A DNA stretch of 38,446 bases from Clostridia bacterium. Lineage in GTDB: Bacteria; Bacillota; Clostridia; UMGS1883. The position numbers were made by a program, and so were the translations under genes. The DNA is taken from NCBI GenBank assembly GCA_051866635.1, contig JBJDXJ010000033.1:1-38446 (forward strand). Direction: 5' to 3'. Below, one piece after another: positions 18,197 to 27,133 of this stretch; the first letter of the stretch is position 1; each line of letters starts with the position of its first letter. Under the pieces are notes generated by a model. It saw only the letters and a list, made by a program, of their open reading frames with translations. It made no database searches and was not told the DNA's origin.

Positions 18197-18892
18197 TTAC
18201 CTCCATAAAATTGTTTTGAAATATTCGCCAATCTGTAACATTTCATTATACCGCTTCTCGAAAAGCTCGTGACCGCCTCTCATTTGCGGATGATAGAAAG
18301 AAACCACAGGTATATCCTTGCCGTCTATATGCAAAAAGAAATAGTTATACGCTGTATCGGTAAGCGGTGGTTGCCATTCTGATACTTCATCGTCACAAAA
18401 TACAACATCGTGCAAAATGTCAGCATTTTTGCCTTCGCCACGACCACAGCAGATAATTATGTCGGGGTTATATAAACAAATCTGTTCTTTAAGATATTGC
18501 TTGTCTGCTAAAGCGTAATTATATATCGTTTCGTTTTCGGCAACTGCGTTGCCACCTACCTTTTTCAGATTCATAGCAGCAACCTTGCGTAGCCAGAAAC
18601 TCTTATCGGATTTACTAACACTTCGGGGATACTCACCCGATATTAGTATAGCCTTTATCCATCTTGCAATATTATTCCACGTTTTCCAGTATGTAGGGCT
18701 GGTTTCGGAAAGAAGAAATTCACATAAATCAACATTTCCATTTTCCCAATTAGCCTCTTTCAATACAAACAGAATTTTGATTTGCTGTTTGTTCCACTCG
18801 GCTTCATCAAAAATACCGTCTGAAATAAAATATTGATACTCCCGTTCTTTTATCCAGCGTGCAAATAACTCCAATTCTTTTTCTTTAAGCAT
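18197..18892 (-). CDS. Divergent uracil-DNA-glycosylase superfamily protein (putative)
   Basis: Motif order matches the UDG fold: ILFVLKEAN (motif A position), VAAMNLKK (conserved Asn strand), LKEQICLYNPDIIICCG (L..EI....P..I...G) and VVSFYHPQ (motif B HP). It lacks family-1 GQDPY and the family-4/5 Fe-S Cys pattern. Confidence 0.65.
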   Translation of the reverse strand: MLKEKELELFARWIKEREYQYFISDGIFDEAEWNKQQIKILFVLKEANWENGNVDLCEFLLSETSPTYWKTWNNIARWIKAILISGEYPRSVSKSDKSFWLRKVAAMNLKKVGGNAVAENETIYNYALADKQYLKEQICLYNPDIIICCGRGEGKNADILHDVVFCDDEVSEWQPPLTDTAYNYFFLHIDGKDIPVVSFYHPQMRGGHELFEKRYNEMLQIGEYFKTILWR

Positions 18893-18905
18893 AATTCTTC
18901 CTCTA

Positions 18906-19019
18906 TTAAATCTCAGCTATTATCCTTTCGGTAGACTTATAGATATTCAGCTTTGTGTATGGGTCATTTAGGAATGCACATTTTATAGCACCTTCGGCAT
19001 TATTTGCGGTCTCTTGCAT
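18906..19019 (-). pseudogene. Short ORF or 3' gene fragment (37 aa) at the islet boundary
   Basis: MQETANNAEGAIKCAFLNDPYTKLNIYKSTERIIAEI* ends just before the RBS (AGAGGAAG) of the UDG-like gene. It has no clear RBS of its own. Confidence 0.3.
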
Positions 19020-19054
19020 AAAATACGCTATAACCAACCGTTATTAAAGCTTTA

Positions 19055-19429
19055 TTACAATTCTGCAATTACTTCAACTTCAACCAAAACGTCTTTTGGA
19101 AGCTGGGCAGCTGCAACGCAGCTTCTTGCAGGCTTTGATGCAAAATACTTGCCGTAAATTTCGTTAAATGCGGCAAAATCGCTCATATTCTTTAAAAAAC
19201 AAGTTGTTTTAACAGCCTTTTCAAAAGAGGAGCCTGCTTCTTCCAACACAGCTCCCAGGTTTTTCATAACCTGCTCGGTCTGTTCTTCAATAGTAGTAGC
19301 TTCAACAGAGCCTGTTGCAGGATTAATGGCAATCTGACCTGATGTAAAAACAAGTCCGTTCACCTTTACAGCCTGTGAATAAGGGCCTATTGCATCGGGT
19401 GCATTCTTTGTATATACTTTTTCATTCAT
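19055..19429 (-). CDS. ridA: RidA family enamine/imine deaminase
   Basis: APDAIGPYSQA, SGQI, PARSCV and LPKDVLVEVEVIA. Paired with threonine dehydratase. Confidence 0.95.
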   Translation of the reverse strand: MNEKVYTKNAPDAIGPYSQAVKVNGLVFTSGQIAINPATGSVEATTIEEQTEQVMKNLGAVLEEAGSSFEKAVKTTCFLKNMSDFAAFNEIYGKYFASKPARSCVAAAQLPKDVLVEVEVIAEL

Positions 19430-19449
19430 TGTAATTATCTCCTATCTTT

Positions 19450-20643
19450 TTAAACTAATTTATAACCGCCGTCAACAAGTGCTTTTTTAATTTCGTTAAT
19501 ATGTTCTTGGTTTCTGGTTTCCATGATAATTCTGAGGAAGCAACCGTTAATATCGCTGTTTTCGTTTGCTCTTTCGTGGTGAACGCTTGTAACGTTGCCA
19601 CCGTGGTCGGCAATAATCTTAGACACGCCCACAAGCTGACCGGGCTTGTCAACAAGCTCAACAACTAATTGACAGCTTCTTCCGCTCTTAAACAGACCTC
19701 TCTTAATAACCCTTGAAAGGATTGTAACGTCAATATTACCGCCCGAAACAACGCAAACAACCTTCTTGCCTTTAACGGGAACCTTATTAAACATTGCGGC
19801 GGCAACACTTACTGCACCTGCACCTTCCGCAATCATCTTGTGCTGTTCTATAAGAGTAAGGATAGCTGTTGAAATTTCATCTTCTGAAACAGTAACAAGT
19901 TCGTCAACATACTTTTCGCACATTTCAAATGTGAGCTTGCCGGGTTCCTTAACAGCGATACCATCGGCAATAGTTGCAACAGAACCAAGTTTTTCAATTT
20001 TATGGTCGTGAACGGAATTAACCATGCTTGGTGCACCTTCAGCCTGTACGCCGTAAACCTTAATGTCGGGGTTAAGGCTCTTTATTGCAAAAGCAACACC
20101 CGAAATAAGTCCGCCGCCGCCAACAGGTACGATAACCGCATCAACATCACGAAGCTGGTCAAGAATTTCCAATCCGATTGTTCCCTGTCCTGCAATAACC
20201 TGTTCATCGTCGAAGGGATGGATAAATGTGTAACCCATTTCATCCTTAAGTTCCAATGCTTTCTTGTAAGCATCATCATACACGCCTTTTACAAGGCAAA
20301 TTTCAGCACCGTAGCTCTTTGTAGCTTCTACTTTAGATATAGGAGCACCATCAGGCAAACAAATGAGGGATTTTATCCCTGCTTTCTGTGCCGCTAACGC
20401 TACACCCTGTGCGTGGTTGCCCGCAGAGCAAGCAATAACGCCTCTTTCCTTTTCTTCTTCCGTAAGCTGAGAAATTTTATAATACGCACCTCTCACCTTG
20501 AAAGAACCTGTTATCTGCAAGTTTTCTGTTTTAAGATAAATGTCACTTTCAGGATTTATCTTAGGAGCTTTTATCAAATCTGTACTTCTGATAACGCTCT
20601 TTAAAACATGTGATGCATGATAAACTTCGTCCAATGTAACCAT
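19450..20643 (-). CDS. ilvA: Threonine ammonia-lyase (PLP) with a C-terminal ACT domain
   Basis: ENLQITGSFKVRGA, SAGNHAQG, VGGGGLISG, SGGNID and ACT-domain DKPGQL. Confidence 0.95.
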   Translation of the reverse strand: MVTLDEVYHASHVLKSVIRSTDLIKAPKINPESDIYLKTENLQITGSFKVRGAYYKISQLTEEEKERGVIACSAGNHAQGVALAAQKAGIKSLICLPDGAPISKVEATKSYGAEICLVKGVYDDAYKKALELKDEMGYTFIHPFDDEQVIAGQGTIGLEILDQLRDVDAVIVPVGGGGLISGVAFAIKSLNPDIKVYGVQAEGAPSMVNSVHDHKIEKLGSVATIADGIAVKEPGKLTFEMCEKYVDELVTVSEDEISTAILTLIEQHKMIAEGAGAVSVAAAMFNKVPVKGKKVVCVVSGGNIDVTILSRVIKRGLFKSGRSCQLVVELVDKPGQLVGVSKIIADHGGNVTSVHHERANENSDINGCFLRIIMETRNQEHINEIKKALVDGGYKLV

Positions 20644-20660
20644 TTCTACACCTTCTAATT

Positions 20661-20692
20661 AAAAAAGTTGTATATGATTATACAACTTTTTT
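20661..20692 (-). terminator. 14-bp inverted repeat: terminator of the polysaccharide locus, overlapping the ilvA promoter
   Basis: AAAAAAGTTGTATA-TGAT-TATACAACTTTTTT. Confidence 0.6.
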
Positions 20693-20705
20693 TCATAAAT
20701 GTCAA
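20677..20705 (-). promoter_or_regulatory. Consensus sigma-A promoter of ilvA-ridA
   Basis: Minus strand TTGACA (20705-20700)-N17-TATAAT (20682-20677). Confidence 0.85.
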
Positions 20706-20708
20706 CTT

Positions 20709-21899
20709 TTAGATAATATTGTAATCCTTTAAAAGCTGAATTTTATTATCTGCAATTTCTTCACTTTTTAAAACATTATATGTTTTTCCTGTATTTAAGC
20801 GAAATACATACCTTACTATTCTGACAATCCACATAACAGGCAGTAAATAGGGATGGTCATACAAAACCTTGTAATGTTCCCGCATTGATTTAATTGTTGG
20901 AAAAACCATCCTTAATCTGCTATTTTTGCCGTCATTTTCTATGGCTGCCATTACCTTTACCTTACTGCCCATCTGTTCCAATGTTCCGTTACCGTAAGCA
21001 CCTGATGAAAACATATCGTCAATAAGCCTGTCAGGTTGTGTTATACCGTATTTGTTTTCCATTGAAAAGCCCAAATACCTGTTCCCTATTTCAACCATAT
21101 CACCGTATAATTTATGGGCATTTAAACTTTCAACAGCATCATAAACTTTCTCCCAATCAATACTGTTTCTGTATGCTTGCCCGAATTTAAACATATCCAC
21201 AATCTGCCTTATGCCAATACCCGTTGTGGAAAAATGCTTTAACATATGGTAAAAAAGATAAATGTAGTTTTCTGTATAATCTAGGGTGTAATACTCTTGC
21301 CCGTCAATTTCCATAATAACAGCGTTACGGAAAGCATTTTCAAAATATTTGTTCATCTTTCTGCGGATTTTATTTTCCGTCCCTATAATATTAAGATGGA
21401 CTTCGATATTAAGACCGTTAGGGCTTTTAAATGTAATTTCCTCAATCCCGTTAAGAGCCTTTGAAGTAATTTCTTCTTCAGGGATATATCCGTTTTCTTT
21501 TAAAATATTTGAAAGAGCAAAATATTCTTCCTTTTTTATTAAAATATCTTCGTCCCCGCTTGGGCGATGGTCGCACAATTCACCGTATAATTGACGGCAT
21601 ATAATCCCCTTTAAAACAATGGGCTTAAGGTTATTATTGAGGAGAGTTTTATATATTTTTCTGAAATTTTCCGTTCGCTTTGTCTGGGAGAAAACAATTG
21701 AAAAAATCTTTTTCTGAAAACCTTTAAAGGCTTCGGCGTCAAATCCGGGAGCAGAGCTGATATTTTCGTAGCATAGCGGCAAAACATTGTGATTTGACGC
21801 TATTTTAAAAACAGCTTCCACATTAATATATCTAACGCTATCGTTAACCTTACCAGAAACACTTTTTAAGAATAAGACTTCTTCCTGTGTCATTGTCAT
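20709..21899 (-). CDS. Uncharacterised nucleotidyltransferase (NTP_transf_5-like)
   Basis: IVLKG...LYG...RPSGDEDILI, IEVH and HMLKHF...GIGIRQIVD motifs. Confidence 0.85.
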   Translation of the reverse strand: MTMTQEEVLFLKSVSGKVNDSVRYINVEAVFKIASNHNVLPLCYENISSAPGFDAEAFKGFQKKIFSIVFSQTKRTENFRKIYKTLLNNNLKPIVLKGIICRQLYGELCDHRPSGDEDILIKKEEYFALSNILKENGYIPEEEITSKALNGIEEITFKSPNGLNIEVHLNIIGTENKIRRKMNKYFENAFRNAVIMEIDGQEYYTLDYTENYIYLFYHMLKHFSTTGIGIRQIVDMFKFGQAYRNSIDWEKVYDAVESLNAHKLYGDMVEIGNRYLGFSMENKYGITQPDRLIDDMFSSGAYGNGTLEQMGSKVKVMAAIENDGKNSRLRMVFPTIKSMREHYKVLYDHPYLLPVMWIVRIVRYVFRLNTGKTYNVLKSEEIADNKIQLLKDYNII

Positions 21900-21910
21900 C
21901 TCCCTTTCTT

Positions 21911-24544
21911 TTAAAGGATTATTTTAATAATACCTCCATGCCTTACCGGTACAAGAATAAAATCATCTTCAATTAATGCTATTCCGGGGCTTTCTTCAAG
22001 CTCATAGTATGCTTCAAGATAGGGTGATTCTATATCAGCTATATTTACCACATGAATTATACCGCTTGGCTCATTGCATATTACTAAAATGTCGTTATTA
22101 ATACTGACTTTACCCTTTAGGCGGACTTTATTAACATAAAATTTCTCTTTATTAGGTGGTGTTTCATTAACTGTCAACGGATTATAAACTACATATCCGT
22201 TATTATAAATTGATAATACCTCCTGTCCTTCTTTTACAACTGCACTGCCGTTAACTTCGGAAGCAAATTTGTTAGAATACGTATTTTTTACCTTAAGTCT
22301 GTCCCCCAGTGATTCAAACCAAAGCGTAGACTTACCGCCGCCTATGCCAACAGTTCCATCTACAGTTCCTGATACTATATTCCTGTAATACATATTGCCT
22401 GTGATTTGGATGGAGTCAATACTAATAACTGCACCGTTTTTAGACACTACATCCTTCACAAGGACAGGATTATATTTATTATGCAGGTCTATTGCTTCAA
22501 ACTTTGTCCACGAAGACTGTACGATTGCGTATTTTCCATCCCCCGTTAAACCAACAGATGACACATTAGTGTTATTTGTATTAGATTTGACAAAGCTGAT
22601 ACGGCTAAGAGTATTATTCTTTATTTCATAAACAGCTACGCCATATTTTTCAGCTGTAACAGCATAACCATCTTGTGTAACCTTGACGTCTTTGACAGGA
22701 TCATCTGTTTTATATTGGTTTACTATGGAAAAATCAGGACCAAGAAGCAACACTCCTTCTCCTGTAGCCGCAATATAGAAATCACTATACTTTACTATGG
22801 CGTATATATCGTAATTTTCAAAAAATACATTGTAGTCCTGAGAATATGAACTGTCCTTGTCGCTACCTCTCAATAATTGAGAAGTTTCAGCCCTATTTTC
22901 AATCACCTTTGCTTTTTCAAAGGTGTATCTATAAACATCGTTATATGCACATGCAATAAAAATGCTTCCATTATCAACATAAATCCCCATGGCCGGAGAA
23001 TATATAGATTTAGACGTATCATAAGGATACACGTTGATAGAATTTTTAGTAAAATCAACAAAGTTAGTGCTGTCTGAATGTATCTCAACTGCAATATGCG
23101 AAATTAATAACGGTGCTTTTATGTTATTTACATCATATATATACATACCTCCGAAGGAATTTGTAAAATATACGTAACCGTCAGAAACTTTAACAGACCA
23201 GTCGTCATATCCGTTTCCGTACAAATTACCTTCGGTTTTTATTGTGGAACACCACACTGGTCGTTTTATATCTGAAATGTCATATATCGTCAAACCGTTG
23301 CCTGTACCGTAGCCTGGGTCTCCCACTTTATCAGCATTGTCAGGGCTATTATAACCACTTACAACATACAGTACAGAGTTTTCAACAAAAGCCTCCGCAC
23401 ATCTACCGTCAACTGTGATGGAGTTTACCAATATAGGACTATCTATTAAAGAAATATCATAAATTTCAACTTCATGGGTAGCCCAACAGCTTACAAAAAG
23501 ATAATTTCCCCCAACAATACACCTATAGCACTCTTTGTTATTCACAATCCTTGTAATATAACGGGGCTTTTCAGTATCTGAGATGTCAACAATTTCAACA
23601 CCGAAATATCGCCCCGCAACAAACATATAATTTCCTGAAAAGCAAACATCGTTTGCAATCTCAAAAGGGTCATAATAGCTTTCAATATAGGGATTAGTTT
23701 TATCTTGAATATTTACCAAATAAACACCTGTTTCACGTGATGCAAGAGCAAGGATGTTTGTATCACGTTGTTCAATATGACGGATATTACCTATGCCCTC
23801 AAGAGTGGAAACAAGCTCAGTACCATCGGGCTTAATACGTGAAATTTTAAGCAGTTCATCCCCTGCTGAATACAAATATTCACCATCACCTGCAACATCC
23901 ATGGTTTTGCCTACACCAATACCGTCAAATTCCGAAAAACTGTATTCTGTAACTTTCTCAACACTGTATGATCCGTTTTTCATTTTGGACAAATCAACAG
24001 CAAGGGGATCGTATCTAACAACATGTACGTCGGAGAGATATATCTTTTGAAAAGGTGTTAACAACTTCCACTTAATGATGTCAATTTCACCTTTTGTGCA
24101 ATACATATAATAATTTCGCCACTGGGTAGTAATATAGTAATTATGCTCAATTCCAAACTTTACATTGACTACAGCTGCCTGTGTATCGGCACGCATTTTA
24201 AAATTCAACAAATATATATCATTGTTTCCTGAAACAAGTGTCCTGGAAAACTTGTAGGTAGCACTTGTTTCTCCGATGTAATGGCTGGTTCTGGAATAGG
24301 TTTTCAAAAAACTATCATATGAAAGTAGGATGGCACCCTCATCAACATCCCCAAAATCAATATCCGTTACAATATTAATTGAATTTTCATCAGTAGCAGT
24401 TCGTCTTTTGCTTTCTTCCTGTTCTGATAATTCCATGAGCCTTTCGCGTTGCACGCTCTGATAATATTCAAAAGCAAAAACACAAGCTAAAATAATAATA
24501 AGTGACACAATTAAAATATTTAATACTCTATTATTATTCTTCAT
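21911..24544 (-). CDS. Membrane-anchored LVIVD-repeat (beta-propeller) protein
   Basis: N-terminal TM, then repeats GVYLVNIQDKTNP, GVEIVDISDTEKP, EVEIYDISLIDSP, GLTIYDISDIKRP, GMYIYDVNNIKAP and IHVVNIADIESP. Confidence 0.8.
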   Translation of the reverse strand: MKNNNRVLNILIVSLIIILACVFAFEYYQSVQRERLMELSEQEESKRRTATDENSINIVTDIDFGDVDEGAILLSYDSFLKTYSRTSHYIGETSATYKFSRTLVSGNNDIYLLNFKMRADTQAAVVNVKFGIEHNYYITTQWRNYYMYCTKGEIDIIKWKLLTPFQKIYLSDVHVVRYDPLAVDLSKMKNGSYSVEKVTEYSFSEFDGIGVGKTMDVAGDGEYLYSAGDELLKISRIKPDGTELVSTLEGIGNIRHIEQRDTNILALASRETGVYLVNIQDKTNPYIESYYDPFEIANDVCFSGNYMFVAGRYFGVEIVDISDTEKPRYITRIVNNKECYRCIVGGNYLFVSCWATHEVEIYDISLIDSPILVNSITVDGRCAEAFVENSVLYVVSGYNSPDNADKVGDPGYGTGNGLTIYDISDIKRPVWCSTIKTEGNLYGNGYDDWSVKVSDGYVYFTNSFGGMYIYDVNNIKAPLLISHIAVEIHSDSTNFVDFTKNSINVYPYDTSKSIYSPAMGIYVDNGSIFIACAYNDVYRYTFEKAKVIENRAETSQLLRGSDKDSSYSQDYNVFFENYDIYAIVKYSDFYIAATGEGVLLLGPDFSIVNQYKTDDPVKDVKVTQDGYAVTAEKYGVAVYEIKNNTLSRISFVKSNTNNTNVSSVGLTGDGKYAIVQSSWTKFEAIDLHNKYNPVLVKDVVSKNGAVISIDSIQITGNMYYRNIVSGTVDGTVGIGGGKSTLWFESLGDRLKVKNTYSNKFASEVNGSAVVKEGQEVLSIYNNGYVVYNPLTVNETPPNKEKFYVNKVRLKGKVSINNDILVICNEPSGIIHVVNIADIESPYLEAYYELEESPGIALIEDDFILVPVRHGGIIKIIL

Positions 24545-24564
24545 ACTTCATTCTTCCTAACTAT

Positions 24565-26076
24565 TTATTTAAACCTTTTTAATAATAAAGCTTTTAATTT
24601 CTTAATTAGATTAATCATATCTTGTTTATATAATAAAAAGTGTAAAATAAATGATATAACTGTTGCAACAAGGCAAACTAAAATAGCCTTTGCAAACCAC
24701 TGCAACCAACCATCAATTACAAAAGTAAAGCAAAAATGTGTTATCAATGCGGTTAATATGGCAACTATAGCATTTATTAAAAGGTGACCCACAAATATAC
24801 CTACACTACGTTTTACAACATTCCTTGACAAATAAATTGCATACTGAAAAGAACGGAAAACCGTAGCTACCAAAGAACCTATTGCTACCCCGACTAAGCC
24901 GAATTTGAATACACAAACAATCGAAATGGTAATATTTAATCCTGCTTCAACAATCGCACCGTTTCTTGTTTGCTTAAAATGACCCGCAGCCTCTACAATG
25001 ATCTGGTACGGAATTCTAAAACAACTGAAAGCCCCCGCAATAGTAATCATTATGGCAAATGACCATCTTGCATACTCAACGTCAGTAACACCGTCTGTAT
25101 ATATAAGGGCAAATGGTACTATTAATAATCCAGCTGTTGTATATATAACGGATGACAGGAAAAACACTATGAGCTCGTAAATCTTAAGATTCTCTCGAAT
25201 TAAGCTTTTCTCATCTTTCGCCATCATATTTCCGAAAGCTGCACCGAAACCATTAACAAATGTGCTCATAACATTGCGTATATTAGCAATAACATAGTTA
25301 TATACAGAATAAACAGAAACTTCCTTTGTATTTGTAAAACAAGTTAACACAATAACAGAAGAGTTTGTATGAATGAAAAATGCCAAGGATTGTGCAAATG
25401 CATCCCATCTTTGCTTCAGTGCGGTATTATTTGGCTTTGCGTTTTTGTTAAGATTATACTTCTTATGGCAAACTAAATTCAATATCAAGGGATTTAAAGA
25501 GAATACAAAAGCACTACCAAGCTTTACAACATGTATAGACGCCCCGTTCAAAATTAGAATAGAAGCAACAACGGTATTCATTATTGTTGTAACAATTTGC
25601 AATGCCGAAAAAATGTACTCGCTCTGATCTGCCTGCAGTAGCATCTGATATGTAATACCAAAGTAATATTGCATAAAGGTACTTATACCCAAAATTAAAA
25701 CAAGGGTAAACGAGAACATCCATTCAAATTCGTCACTTACAATAAATGGATAAAAAATCGCCAAAACAAAAATTAATCCCAAAAAGATATATGCTACCTT
25801 GCGCATAAATGTCTGTGTAGCATTTACAATGGAACTAATTGCCTCTGTGTTTTTTTCTGCCAAGGGCTTATAGAGGGCAACCTTTGTTACTGCCCCTACA
25901 CCTGCCCTTAAAAGCACAACACATGACAAGAACTGTGTTATAGATGATGTAATTCCGTTATAGCTTGAACCGAAACGGCTTAAAATCAATCTCGGTAGAA
26001 TTAAGCCGCATATTACAGCAACGATCTCATAGATTAGTGCTGTTGTAGTATTAAATATAGCTTTTTTTGATCTCAT
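24565..26076 (-). CDS. wzx: Polysaccharide flippase (Wzx/MOP family)
   Basis: About 12-14 TM segments. N-terminal ILPRLILSRFGSSYNG...LYKPLA is typical of Firmicute Wzx. Locus context agrees. Confidence 0.88.
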   Translation of the reverse strand: MRSKKAIFNTTTALIYEIVAVICGLILPRLILSRFGSSYNGITSSITQFLSCVVLLRAGVGAVTKVALYKPLAEKNTEAISSIVNATQTFMRKVAYIFLGLIFVLAIFYPFIVSDEFEWMFSFTLVLILGISTFMQYYFGITYQMLLQADQSEYIFSALQIVTTIMNTVVASILILNGASIHVVKLGSAFVFSLNPLILNLVCHKKYNLNKNAKPNNTALKQRWDAFAQSLAFFIHTNSSVIVLTCFTNTKEVSVYSVYNYVIANIRNVMSTFVNGFGAAFGNMMAKDEKSLIRENLKIYELIVFFLSSVIYTTAGLLIVPFALIYTDGVTDVEYARWSFAIMITIAGAFSCFRIPYQIIVEAAGHFKQTRNGAIVEAGLNITISIVCVFKFGLVGVAIGSLVATVFRSFQYAIYLSRNVVKRSVGIFVGHLLINAIVAILTALITHFCFTFVIDGWLQWFAKAILVCLVATVISFILHFLLYKQDMINLIKKLKALLLKRFK

Positions 26077-26077
26077 A

Positions 26078-27133
26078 TTATCTCTCCAAAAGATTCTCTT
26101 TTAAATAAAGCAGTGACGCTTGTCTTAATGCGTTGATTTTTTCGTTTGCCGATGTATAATCAAGACCATTTTCATATATAAACTCAATTGTATTTTCGTT
26201 TCCAACCACAGAATTTGTAAGTTTTAAAATGGACAAAAGGTCAGAAATTTTTTTCTTTACATTTCCGAACTCTGCAAAATTCTTTTCGTAAAGAATCGAA
26301 AAAATCGTTCCGTGGAATGTATCTGTCACAACAAAGGATGCGTTTTTTAAATAAGAAACAAAACTATATGGATCATAACAAATAGTTTTGTCACACCAAA
26401 AACGATGTTCCCCAAAAGAAATAACTTTTAAGTTATGCTTTTTTTTCAAATCAAGAATTTCATTCTTCACGCACTCTGGGATCGGTGCAAAATGGTATAA
26501 AAGTATATAATTCTTATCGCTGATTTCTTTTGCATTGTTATCAAATAATGTTCTTTCCGTGAGCATTGTAGGGTCGCAAACAACAGTAGGCTCTTTGCCT
26601 GTAAGCTTCTTTATAATGAAATAAGTTTCTTCATCGCGTACGCTTATCGCCTTAAGTTTTTTTATCGCATCTTTAATTTCGCAATTCTTTTCAAAAGTTT
26701 CATAAGGAGTATTTGCAGCAGTTGCTGCATAAGTAATACACTTATCTTCACCTAAGCGTTTTCCTGTGTATGTATCCTTATGTCGCATAAAATAACCCGA
26801 CGCAAAGTTCCACACAGTATCACTGCCAATTACAAAAAGGTCAATGCTATTAAATTCAGCACTACCTTCTTTAATAACATTAAAGCAGTTCTGTGCTTTT
26901 TTATAGTTGCTACTTCTTTTCCACACAAGAGCTGATGCAAGGAAATTAAGTTTTGAAGCTTTTGTCAACGATTCGTGTAAATGTGATTTAAAGGACTGTG
27001 ATGTATCGCTTTTTGAACGATATAAAAACGAAACAGAATGTCCCATTTTTTCAATAACATCCGCCAACGCATACGCCTGCCAAAAACTTCCGCAATTTTC
27101 AGTGTTATAAACGGTTATAATACAAACTTTCAT
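26078..27133 (-). CDS. Polysaccharide pyruvyl transferase family protein
   Basis: NCGSFWQAYAL, GSDTVWN, ISVRDE, CDPT and VTDTFHGTIFSI. Likely start is ATG 27133. Confidence 0.9.
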   Translation of the reverse strand: MKVCIITVYNTENCGSFWQAYALADVIEKMGHSVSFLYRSKSDTSQSFKSHLHESLTKASKLNFLASALVWKRSSNYKKAQNCFNVIKEGSAEFNSIDLFVIGSDTVWNFASGYFMRHKDTYTGKRLGEDKCITYAATAANTPYETFEKNCEIKDAIKKLKAISVRDEETYFIIKKLTGKEPTVVCDPTMLTERTLFDNNAKEISDKNYILLYHFAPIPECVKNEILDLKKKHNLKVISFGEHRFWCDKTICYDPYSFVSYLKNASFVVTDTFHGTIFSILYEKNFAEFGNVKKKISDLLSILKLTNSVVGNENTIEFIYENGLDYTSANEKINALRQASLLYLKENLLER

